Virus record (IMG/VR): IMGVR_UViG_3300028196_000002
Reading direction: 5' to 3' (one strand)
DNA from: an uncultured virus (IMG/VR IMGVR_UViG_3300028196_000002)
Taxonomy: Duplodnaviria > Heunggongvirae > Uroviricota > Caudoviricetes
DNA length: 20,000 nucleotides
Notes under the pieces: model-generated
What the model was told of the DNA's origin: nothing
The model's input: only the letters and a program-made list of their open reading frames with translations
The model's database searches: none
Program-made: the position numbers and the translations under genes
Shown here: positions 1 to 8,069 of the stretch, in pieces
Layout of the letters: each line of letters begins with the position of its first letter
Numbering within the stretch: position 1 is the stretch's first letter

Positions 1-2
1 TG

Positions 3-3000
3 GTGGACATTCTAAAAGAAGTGTCAAGTCTCAACCAATTGCAATCTAAAATGGAAAGTTTTTCACCCTTTGAAAGAAAACCATATTATAATGATGGGAT
101 TGCCACAGTACCTTATATTTCTGATAATGTGTCTGAATCGTTTAAGTTACAAGACTACTCCCCCGATACATTAGAGTCGGCGGATATGAGTGAAGAGTAT
201 GAAAAATTAAAACTTAATTTAGTTGAGTACAATACAGATTCAACTAAAATAGGATCGAATACAATTGAATACAGAACTAATATATATCCTTTCAACTCTA
301 CCACATATTTGGGGTATATTGATAAGACTTCGATAACAAAAAACGACATTAACTTAAAAGATATTTTTGATGTCAAAACAACTAAAGGACTTATACAAAC
401 ACCTGTAAACTCCGAAGCATGGGTTCGAGATTTAAATGGTCAAGATAATCTCTTTAGTGGTTTAAATTCATACGCAGATATAGGAGATTCTAATAATAAT
501 AAACTAAGTTCCATAATCAATACACCTTATTTCCATAAATCATTATTTAATGATTTCTTTGGAACAAATAGTTCGGGTAAATATAAATCGTCCGCATACC
601 TACTTCTTAATTCATTACCATATCACGATTTAGACATGGAAATAGAGTTAAAAGAAGGTAAAAAAACAAGAATGTCAAACATCTTTAAAGAGATAAGTTC
701 GACACACTTTATACCATATCACCTTATGGTTAAGTGGGGGTCTATCTACCATAGATATAAAACATATATATTAGACGGTATTGATATAATGAATGGTGTT
801 ACTACACCAATAGACGGTGGATTATTTTTCGACATTAATCAGAATCAAACATTTTCGGGAATTACAAGAAATGATCAGACCGATATAGGTATACACCCTT
901 ATTATTCGAGTGTGTACCACCAAGTTATTAATGGGTACCTTTATTATGATGTATCAGACACAACACCAACATCGTTTGAAAACACGATTACAAACGGTAT
1001 TTTACATATAGACTCATTCGAAAAGTTTGGTGGTTTTAAATATTATAATTCATTTGTTGATAATAGTAAGTTTGTTGGTGGTGAAAAAAGATACACTATT
1101 TTACCATCACATGGTGTCATGGTTAGGACTGGAGGTAGTGCCGATAATTTTTATAACCCATACTCTACTGACTATAATATAACAGAACAATATAATTTTA
1201 ATGTCGATTGGACTTTTAAACACGATGAGGAGTTTGCGTTTAGTGGAGTGACATTCCCACCATATAACCAATACGTGAGTAAAAACAATAATGGGGATGT
1301 TAGACAGAATATAACAATAAGTGATAATAATAAAAAAGTTATAGATCTTATTGCAACATTCTCACCCGAAATATTAAATGAGTTTGAAGATTCATTTATT
1401 AAGTTCTCGAGTGAAAAGGTTGATACATACCAAGTCAGTAAAGAATTCGAAACTGTAAAATATGACAAATTTCAAAATTTATTACACGATTTAGTTACAG
1501 TAGAAAAGAAAGATGATGATGACTTAACAAATATTAATCACCACTTAAGATTAATCACTAGTAGACAGATAGAACAACAAAATTATGTGACATCAGAATT
1601 GATTAATGATAGGAATTTAGTACAACTAACGTTAGCGAACCCTAAGGAATTAAACTTAAATGCAATTAAGTTATATTCAGGTACAGGTGACAGAACATAC
1701 GATAGAGGATATGACTCATCACAACTAACGAACAACTCAAAATACATTGAATTATATCTTGGGGAAGATATGGACGGATATTACTCGGAATTTTTCCCAA
1801 TAAGTGATATGATACTAAATGAAGATAACATACTACACTACAGGTCAATAATTCAAATATATGCGGGTTATAGGGTGAATGGGGGTAATGCGGATAAAAC
1901 AGAGTTCACAGAATATCTAAGTAATGTAATTGTACTACCGTTTGAAGAAAGGTTTACTTCTTTTATGACAGGTTTATTAAGTCGATTCTCTCAGTTAAAG
2001 AGAAGTAAAGATAAAAACAATAATTTAGGTGTATTGAGAACATTTGGTATGGACCCACTAAAGTTGGAAACGTACAGTATGTTTAAACTCTTTAATGATA
2101 GGTGGTCCTCAGGAAACTCAATAGGACAAAGATTACTAATGGAAGAATTCTTATTTTTGGATAAGGCAAATAAAGACATTGGTAATGACCTATTTTATGA
2201 CGTAAAAAGACTACAAGTATTTGAAAAACCAGAAAGTCAAAATTTAAAACTATATAATGTTATTTCCCAAATGTTATCAAGAAATAATTTAGATTTTAGA
2301 CCACTTCCAGCATACGTTAATTTTTATGGTAACCAATCGGGTAAAACTAAAATCAAAAAATCAGAAGAAGTTGCGTCACTACTTTTTGGTAAATTTTTAG
2401 ATGTTGATGTTGAACATTCGACACCTAAAATGATTGTACAATACGTTGGTAAACCATCATCTCATATTGATACATCCACTATTAGTGAGGAATACAAATA
2501 CAAAAATGACACATTTAATGTGGGTGATGTAAACAATAACCCTGTATTGATAACCGACCCGAACTACTTTGAACAGAAAAATTTTAAAGACTCTAATAAA
2601 GTGGTTGCATTCGAGGTTAGTTTTGGTGACCAAAATCAAGGTATATTTAAGTCAATTAGTTTAGATCAATCACAATTCAAAGAAACATTTGAAAGTAATG
2701 TTGCATTAGAGAACACAGCGAGATCGGAATCGGGATCAGGGGTAGCACAAGTTAGTACTAATTTATATGACATATATAAGGTAAGGTCTTATGAGTGTAC
2801 GGTAGAATGTATGGGTAATGTAATGATCCAACCCACAATGTACTTCCAACTTAAGAACGTTCCTTTATTTGAGGGAGCGTATTGGATCGTTGAGGTATCT
2901 CATAGAATAGAAAACAACACTATACGTACAAACTTTAAAGGGGTTAGAATGCCAAGTGCTAGTTTACCTGACCCAAAAGAATCATTCACCGCATCATATA

Positions 3001-3692
3001 GAGTTATGTATGATAAGATAATGAAAAGTGCGCTGGCTAAGATTAAATCAGAAACTAAAAATGATACGTCTGAAGTAATATCAACACCTGAAGGTAATTT
3101 TAAGACCGATAGGGGTGGTACTACCATAGAGGGAGAAGAACTACTAAAACAAGTAGGTGTAACTAGTTTAGGAATACCATACAACGGGTATAAAAATAAC
3201 CTATCAATACAGAAGGTAAGATATCAAAACAAAACTTGGTTTAGAACCATCGTAACTAAATTCGATGGACCAACCGATTTAAATATGTCCTTACCTACAA
3301 AAGTATCTTCAAACATTACTGTAAAACCAACTAAAGTACCTTTTACAGAAATAGATCAATCTAGTAATAATTTTTATAGATTAAACTTTTATTCCCCACA
3401 CCTAACTAAGAAAAACAACACCACACCATCACAAGTGTCTGATTATTTACTTACCGCATCTTCAACGGATTTCAAAAACCCAAAAAACGGTATAACTAAA
3501 ACTATTGTGAGTTCTTCCGTATTGGATGGTTCGGGGGGAGCGACAAGACAAATAACAGGACCGGCGGATGAAGGTGGGTCAGTGTTAACGATTGGAGACA
3601 AAAAAGTCTATAGTGGAATTGCGTTATCTAAACAGTTAATGAAGGATTTAAAACTTCAAGAGGGGGACGTTATCTATTTTAATATTCGATAA
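3..3692 (+). CDS. Large virion structural protein, 5'-truncated; probable baseplate hub-like (gp27/GpD/VgrG-type) domain near the C-terminus
   Basis: Open frame of at least 1229 codons running in from the window edge, so the GTG at 3 is probably not the real start. The segment YECTVECMGNVMIQPTMYFQLKNVPLFEGAYWIVEVSHRIENNTIRTNFKGVR (~2790-2949) resembles the terminal beta-barrel pattern of hub proteins (G-N-x-x-I-x-P...G-x-Y-x-I-x-x-V-x-H). Baseplate genes lie downstream. Confidence 0.6.
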   Translation: MDILKEVSSLNQLQSKMESFSPFERKPYYNDGIATVPYISDNVSESFKLQDYSPDTLESADMSEEYEKLKLNLVEYNTDSTKIGSNTIEYRTNIYPFNSTTYLGYIDKTSITKNDINLKDIFDVKTTKGLIQTPVNSEAWVRDLNGQDNLFSGLNSYADIGDSNNNKLSSIINTPYFHKSLFNDFFGTNSSGKYKSSAYLLLNSLPYHDLDMEIELKEGKKTRMSNIFKEISSTHFIPYHLMVKWGSIYHRYKTYILDGIDIMNGVTTPIDGGLFFDINQNQTFSGITRNDQTDIGIHPYYSSVYHQVINGYLYYDVSDTTPTSFENTITNGILHIDSFEKFGGFKYYNSFVDNSKFVGGEKRYTILPSHGVMVRTGGSADNFYNPYSTDYNITEQYNFNVDWTFKHDEEFAFSGVTFPPYNQYVSKNNNGDVRQNITISDNNKKVIDLIATFSPEILNEFEDSFIKFSSEKVDTYQVSKEFETVKYDKFQNLLHDLVTVEKKDDDDLTNINHHLRLITSRQIEQQNYVTSELINDRNLVQLTLANPKELNLNAIKLYSGTGDRTYDRGYDSSQLTNNSKYIELYLGEDMDGYYSEFFPISDMILNEDNILHYRSIIQIYAGYRVNGGNADKTEFTEYLSNVIVLPFEERFTSFMTGLLSRFSQLKRSKDKNNNLGVLRTFGMDPLKLETYSMFKLFNDRWSSGNSIGQRLLMEEFLFLDKANKDIGNDLFYDVKRLQVFEKPESQNLKLYNVISQMLSRNNLDFRPLPAYVNFYGNQSGKTKIKKSEEVASLLFGKFLDVDVEHSTPKMIVQYVGKPSSHIDTSTISEEYKYKNDTFNVGDVNNNPVLITDPNYFEQKNFKDSNKVVAFEVSFGDQNQGIFKSISLDQSQFKETFESNVALENTARSESGSGVAQVSTNLYDIYKVRSYECTVECMGNVMIQPTMYFQLKNVPLFEGAYWIVEVSHRIENNTIRTNFKGVRMPSASLPDPKESFTASYRVMYDKIMKSALAKIKSETKNDTSEVISTPEGNFKTDRGGTTIEGEELLKQVGVTSLGIPYNGYKNNLSIQKVRYQNKTWFRTIVTKFDGPTDLNMSLPTKVSSNITVKPTKVPFTEIDQSSNNFYRLNFYSPHLTKKNNTTPSQVSDYLLTASSTDFKNPKNGITKTIVSSSVLDGSGGATRQITGPADEGGSVLTIGDKKVYSGIALSKQLMKDLKLQEGDVIYFNIR

Positions 3693-3716
3693 ACAGGATA
3701 ATTAGTAAAAACTTGA

Positions 3717-3724
3717 TATTTATA
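3717..3724 (+). promoter_or_regulatory. Putative phage late promoter motif TATTTATA
   Basis: 14 nt upstream of ATG 3739; the same motif precedes the genes starting at 13473 and 15820. Confidence 0.5.
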
Positions 3725-3738
3725 ATAAAAAGAATATT

Positions 3739-3942
3739 ATGAGCAATATCAAAATAGGTTCTGCAATTGATGGTTTTCTAAAAAATAAGAGTGTTAGAAA
3801 CATTAATGAAGAGGGAACAGAACAAGAAGTGTGTGACATGAACACAGGTGAGTGCTACACAATCAAAAGTAAGGATGGTCTCGTAGAGAGAATTAATAAA
3901 AAATATATTACCGAAGACGGTAGACAATTATTAAGAGATTAA
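3739..3942 (+). CDS. Hypothetical 67-aa phage protein
   Basis: ATG start with A-rich leader, fills the gap tightly (3 nt before the next ATG), preceded by TATTTATA; contains C-x6-C (CDMNTGEC). Confidence 0.8.
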   Translation: MSNIKIGSAIDGFLKNKSVRNINEEGTEQEVCDMNTGECYTIKSKDGLVERINKKYITEDGRQLLRD

Positions 3943-3945
3943 AAG

Positions 3946-4632
3946 ATGAATTTAGAAAAACAACTACAAGAAGAGTTAATGAGATACCGTAGTATCAATC
4001 AATACGGTAAGAAATTAATACAAGAACAAGAAGAACCTGTTGGTGATGCACCTTTAGAAGATATTCCTGCGGAAGAACCTGCTGGTGATGCACCTGTAGA
4101 CGATCTTCCTGTAGATGATCTTCCTGTAGACGATCTTCCTGATGGTGATGCACCTTTAGAAGATATTCCTGCTGAAGAACCTGCCGATGGTGGTATGGAA
4201 GCAGATGTTGAAGAAGTTGATATTACAGATCTTGTTAATATGACACAAAACATCAAAAACGACTTAGATTCATCTAAGTCTGATAACGATCAGGTAATGG
4301 GTAAAATGGGGGATCTATTCTCTAAATTAGATGATTTAGAAAGTAAATTATCTAAAATGGATAATCTAATAACTAAAATAGATGGTTTAGAATCTAAGGT
4401 TGAGAACATGAAAGAACCTACACCAGTGGAAAGACTTGAAATGAGATCGTTAGATTCATATCCATTTAGTCAAATTCCTTCAGAGTTTTTTTCACAGAAA
4501 CAACTTGATATGAAAGCGAGTGGTAAAAATGAATACGTTATAACTAAACAAGATGTGGCGGATTACAATCCAGGTGAAATGAGAGATTCATTTAATCAAG
4601 AAAAACCGGACGAAAATGAGGTTGAGTGGTAA
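3946..4632 (+). CDS. Acidic, Pro-repeat, coiled-coil protein (228 aa); possible head scaffold or internal protein
   Basis: D/E/P-rich repeats followed by a heptad pattern (LFSKLDDLESKLSKMDNLITKIDGLESKVENM). Function is inferred only. Confidence 0.7.
   Translation: MNLEKQLQEELMRYRSINQYGKKLIQEQEEPVGDAPLEDIPAEEPAGDAPVDDLPVDDLPVDDLPDGDAPLEDIPAEEPADGGMEADVEEVDITDLVNMTQNIKNDLDSSKSDNDQVMGKMGDLFSKLDDLESKLSKMDNLITKIDGLESKVENMKEPTPVERLEMRSLDSYPFSQIPSEFFSQKQLDMKASGKNEYVITKQDVADYNPGEMRDSFNQEKPDENEVEW
4030..4185 (+). repeat. In-frame coding repeat array: three 15-nt tandem units flanked by a 41-nt direct repeat
   Basis: CCTGTAGA(C/T)GATCTT x3 at 4093-4137; GGTGATGCACCTTTAGAAGATATTCCTGC(G/T)GAAGAACCTGC at 4042-4082 and 4144-4184. 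Encodes Pro every 4-5 residues (GDAP LEDIP AEEP, VDDLP x3). Confidence 0.95.
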
Positions 4633-4981
4633 TGTAAAATTCTTTCTTGAAGTTCAATCACAACTTAAGGTACTACATTGGCAAACTAAAAGTCACGCAA
4701 AACATGTATCGTTTGGGGAGACCTATAATGTATTAGATGGTTTAATTGATAATTTTGTTGAAATTGCAATGGGTATCTATGGTAGATTTAAGTTAGAAGA
4801 GGAAGAAACACACATATCCATTCAAAACCTTTCTGATGTTGATGTACTTGGAATGATTAAAACCGTAAGGGGTAGTCTACAACAAATGGAGATAAACCCA
4901 AAAGACACAGACTTACTAAATATCAAAGACGAAATGTTAGCTCAGATTAACAAACTATCTTATTTACTGACACTTAAGTAA
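4616..4981 (+). CDS. Small ferritin/Dps-like four-helix protein (DUF5856-like)
   Basis: LHWQTKSHAKHVSFGETYNVLDGLIDNFVE follows the Dps HW...H...Y......D...E ferroxidase-site spacing; C-terminal helix DLLNIKDEMLAQINKLSYLLTL; overlaps the upstream gene by 17 nt. Confidence 0.75.
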   Translation: MRLSGNVKFFLEVQSQLKVLHWQTKSHAKHVSFGETYNVLDGLIDNFVEIAMGIYGRFKLEEEETHISIQNLSDVDVLGMIKTVRGSLQQMEINPKDTDLLNIKDEMLAQINKLSYLLTLK

Positions 4982-5006
4982 AAAATACTACATATTTAAA
5001 ATTAAT

Positions 5007-5039
5007 AAAGTTCAAGGGGTTGACTCTTGGACTTTTTTT
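5007..5039 (+). terminator. Intrinsic terminator closing the left gene block
   Basis: AAAGTTCAAGGG-GTTGA-CTCTTGGACTTT forms a 12-bp stem with two G-U pairs, running into a T7 tract. Confidence 0.7.
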
Positions 5040-5050
5040 ATGTATCTTTT
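5019..5050 (+). promoter_or_regulatory. Putative host-RNAP (early/middle) promoter for the replication cassette
   Basis: TTGACT (5020-5025), 17-nt spacer, TATCTT (5043-5048). It can equally be read as Bacteroidota-style TTG-N20-TAnnTTT(T), against the consensus TAnnTTTG. Confidence 0.55.
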
Positions 5051-5083
5051 TTATATAACATTAATAAATTAAAATTTAAAATT

Positions 5084-5929
5084 ATGAGTTCAATCGACGC
5101 AATTCTTTCTCAATATGAGAAAAACACGCAACCTGCCGCAGGCGGCAACAGAATTTCCAGTGAGGAAAGACTTAAAAAGTACTTCACTACAATTCTTCCT
5201 AAAGGAACACAATCAGGACAAAAGAGAATTAGAATTCTCCCAACAACTGACGGTACAAGTCCGTTCCAAGAAATCGCATTCCATGAAGTACAAGTAGATG
5301 GGAAATGGTTAAAACTTTATGATCCATCACAAGATGGTGATGTATCTCCGTTAAACGAGGTAAGAGAAAGTTTATTATCAACAGGAAGTGAGGATGACAA
5401 AATCTTGGCAAGAAATTATAGAGCAAAAAAATTCTATATAGTCAAAGTTATCGATAGAGATAACGAACAAGATGGTCCAAAATTTTGGAGATTCAAACAC
5501 AACTACAAAGGTGATGGTAATTTAGATAAAATTATACCTATCATTAGAAGTAAAGGTGATATTACAGATGTTGTTGAAGGTAGAGATTTAATACTATCGT
5601 TAGCCGTAACTAAGGCAAACAATGGTAGAGAATACACTACTATCAACTCAATTATTCAAGAAGATAAGTCAGGTTTACATAGTGATCCTGAAGTGTCAAA
5701 CGCATGGACAAACGATCCACAAACTTGGAGAGATGTCTATTCGGTAAAACCTCTTGAATACTTACAATTAGTTGCATCAGGTGAAAACCCTGTTTGGGAC
5801 AAAGACGCTAAGAAGTTTATTTCTTCTATGGGTGGTGAGGAAACATTTGGTGGGTCATCAATGACACCTAAGGTTGAAGTAGAAGATGCACAATCAACAA
5901 CAAAAGTAGACGACAACCTACCATTTTAA
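5084..5929 (+). CDS. T4 gp32-like single-stranded DNA-binding protein (281 aa)
   Basis: RIRILP...PF...FH, FYIVKVIDRD...GPKFWRF and DITD..EGRDL motifs typical of the gp32-like family; acidic tail ending DDNLPF; directly upstream of the recombinase. ATG 5084 is preferred over TTG 5027, which lies inside the terminator/promoter. Confidence 0.8.
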   Translation: MSSIDAILSQYEKNTQPAAGGNRISSEERLKKYFTTILPKGTQSGQKRIRILPTTDGTSPFQEIAFHEVQVDGKWLKLYDPSQDGDVSPLNEVRESLLSTGSEDDKILARNYRAKKFYIVKVIDRDNEQDGPKFWRFKHNYKGDGNLDKIIPIIRSKGDITDVVEGRDLILSLAVTKANNGREYTTINSIIQEDKSGLHSDPEVSNAWTNDPQTWRDVYSVKPLEYLQLVASGENPVWDKDAKKFISSMGGEETFGGSSMTPKVEVEDAQSTTKVDDNLPF

Positions 5930-5936
5930 TTAACAC

Positions 5937-6015
5937 GGACCCACCCAAAACAATTATTGATGGAAACATCTGGTGGAGCTACAGAACCGATTAGTCGGTC
6001 CCTACGGGTGGGTCC
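5937..6015. other. Structured intergenic element (candidate cis-regulatory RNA or miniature inverted-repeat insertion)
   Basis: Perfect 10-bp inverted repeat GGACCCACCC (5937-5946) / GGGTGGGTCC (6006-6015) enclosing GATG-GAAA-CATC (5959-5970) and ACCGA-TTAG-TCGGT (5986-5999); direct repeat CCATTTTAA at 5921-5929 and 6014-6022. Confidence 0.75.
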
Positions 6016-6030
6016 ATTTTAAAAAACAAT

Positions 6031-7026
6031 ATGGCAATTAAGAAAAAAGATTTTAAAAGTATTAAATCAAAGTTCTCTAAACAGGCTAAGTTTAAGTCTG
6101 ATAGGTTTTTTGATTTAGGGGACGCATTTTTGGATGCGACGGGATTACCAGGACCATCTATGGGACATATTAATATGTTTTTAGGACATTCGGATACGGG
6201 TAAAACAACGGCACTTGTTAAGACCGCAGTTGATGCACAGAAAAAAGGGGTACTCCCTGTTTTTGTTATTACAGAACAGAAATGGGATTTCCCACACGCA
6301 AAACTAATGGGTCTTGATATTGAAGAAACGGTTGATGAGGAAACGGGAGAAATCGAATATGATGGATTCTTTCTATTCAACAACGAATTCCAATATATAG
6401 AACAAATTACTGATTACATAAATGAACTAATAGACGCTCAGAAGAAAGGTGAATTGGAATATGATTTACTATTCTTGTGGGATTCGGTTGGTTCGGTACC
6501 GTGTAAAATGACGTTTGATGGTAAAGGTGGTAAACAACACAACGCATCGACGTTAGCCGATAAAATCGGAATGGGTTTAAATCAGAGAATTTCAGGTTCA
6601 AGAAGAGTGGATTCAGAATTTACAAATACACTTGTTATTGTAAATCAACCATGGGTAGAACTACCTGACAATCCATTTAGTCAACCAAAGATTAAAGCGA
6701 AGGGTGGAGAATCAATATGGTTAAACTCTACACTTGTATTTAGATTTGGTAATCAGAAAAATGCGGGTACTAACCCTATCTCTGCCGTTAAGGACAAGAG
6801 AAAGGTAAAATTCGCAACAAGAACAAAGATTTCTATCATGAAGAACCACGTAAATGGTCTTGGTTATGAAGATGGTAGGATTATAGTAACCGCACATGGT
6901 TTCTTAAGTGGGAAAGATTCTACAGAAGAAAAGAAATCGTTAGAGGGTTACAAACAGGAACACGCAGAATTTTGGAAAGACCAATTAGGTATTGAAGGTG
7001 ACTTCGATATCAAAGAGGAGGTATAG
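6031..7026 (+). CDS. recA: RecA/UvsX-like recombinase
   Basis: Walker A GHSDTGKTT, catalytic Glu region VFVITEQK, Walker B LLFLWDSVG, VIVNQ, and KAKGGESIWLNSTLVFRF (equivalent of the RecA GG..L.F.A motif). Confidence 0.9.
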   Translation: MAIKKKDFKSIKSKFSKQAKFKSDRFFDLGDAFLDATGLPGPSMGHINMFLGHSDTGKTTALVKTAVDAQKKGVLPVFVITEQKWDFPHAKLMGLDIEETVDEETGEIEYDGFFLFNNEFQYIEQITDYINELIDAQKKGELEYDLLFLWDSVGSVPCKMTFDGKGGKQHNASTLADKIGMGLNQRISGSRRVDSEFTNTLVIVNQPWVELPDNPFSQPKIKAKGGESIWLNSTLVFRFGNQKNAGTNPISAVKDKRKVKFATRTKISIMKNHVNGLGYEDGRIIVTAHGFLSGKDSTEEKKSLEGYKQEHAEFWKDQLGIEGDFDIKEEV

Positions 7027-7052
7027 AATTGTTGAACCTATAAAAGGTAAAA

Positions 7053-8069
7053 ATGTCAGTATTATTAGTAGACGGAGATAACTTACTTACAATCGGATTT
7101 TATGGAGTAAAAAATTACTTCTATAAAGGTGATCACATTGGTGGTATATATCATTTCATTAATACTTTAAGAAAATCATTTGAACTTTATAAGTTAGACA
7201 AAATCGTTGTTTTTTGGGACGGAGAAGATGGTGCCGCCACTCGTAAAAGGATGTATTCTCGTTACAAAGAAAACAGAAGACAACGAATTAGAACCGACAA
7301 AGAAAAAGAGTCTTACACAAGACAAAGAAGAAGAATTCAACAGTACCTCGAGGAACTATATGTTAGACAAGGTGAGTTTGAATTCTGTGAGGCGGACGAC
7401 GGTATTGCTGAATACACACAAAAAAGTTCCGAAAATATAATTGTTTACTCTTCTGATGGGGACTTAGCTCAATTAGTATCTGATACAACAAAGATATATA
7501 ACCCATCACACAGGAAACTATACGGTCAAGATGATATAATCCTATACGAAAAAGAAGAACTACACATACAGAACGTTAAAATCGTTAAGATAGTGTGTGG
7601 GGACCGATCAGACAACATTACTGGTATCTATAATTTGGGTACTAAGAAAATGTTAAAACTTTTTCCCGAATTAAAAACAAAACCTGTCACTTTAAATCAA
7701 ATTGTTGAACGTTCAAATGAATTATTTGAGGGTGACAAGGATAACAAAACCATTAAAAACCTTTTAACGGGAGTTACAAAGTACGGTATTTACGGGGAGG
7801 AGTTCTTTAACCTTAACGAAAGTATTGTAAGTTTAGATCAACCGTTTCTCACGGATATTGCGAGAGAAACAATCACAGACCTTATAAATGAAAAATTGGA
7901 TCCTGAAGGAAGATCCTATAAGAACACGATGAAGATGATGATGGAAGATGGGATATTCACTGTCTTACCTAAATCGGATGATGCGTGGATAAAATTCCTT
8001 AATCCTTTCTTACGTTTAACCCGTAAGGAAAAAAATAAAAGAGTTATAAAAATTAAAACAAATGAGTAA
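7053..8069 (+). CDS. 5'-3' exonuclease / flap endonuclease (T4 RNase H, PolA N-terminal domain-like)
   Basis: LLVDGDNL, VFWDG, YKENR, EADD, SSDGDLAQL and H3TH motif GDRSDNITGIYNLGTK. Confidence 0.92.
   Translation: MSVLLVDGDNLLTIGFYGVKNYFYKGDHIGGIYHFINTLRKSFELYKLDKIVVFWDGEDGAATRKRMYSRYKENRRQRIRTDKEKESYTRQRRRIQQYLEELYVRQGEFEFCEADDGIAEYTQKSSENIIVYSSDGDLAQLVSDTTKIYNPSHRKLYGQDDIILYEKEELHIQNVKIVKIVCGDRSDNITGIYNLGTKKMLKLFPELKTKPVTLNQIVERSNELFEGDKDNKTIKNLLTGVTKYGIYGEEFFNLNESIVSLDQPFLTDIARETITDLINEKLDPEGRSYKNTMKMMMEDGIFTVLPKSDDAWIKFLNPFLRLTRKEKNKRVIKIKTNE

Noticed and set aside
4030..4185. Repeat array as a possible CRISPR array or DGR template/variable repeat pair
   Set aside because: The repeats are in-frame coding units without unique spacers; the single mismatch is G/T rather than adenine-specific; no cas or reverse transcriptase gene is present.
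5027..5083. N-terminal extension of the SSB ORF from TTG 5027
   Set aside because: It runs through the terminator T tract and promoter; ATG 5084 has the typical A-rich context.
5970..6001. Hammerhead-ribozyme-like look (CTGGTGG...GAA-stem-TC) inside the intergenic element
   Set aside because: The core deviates from CUGANGA and GAAA, there is no credible stem II, and no stem I pairing after the would-be cleavage site. HDV-like topology does not fit either, because the outer stem is simply nested.
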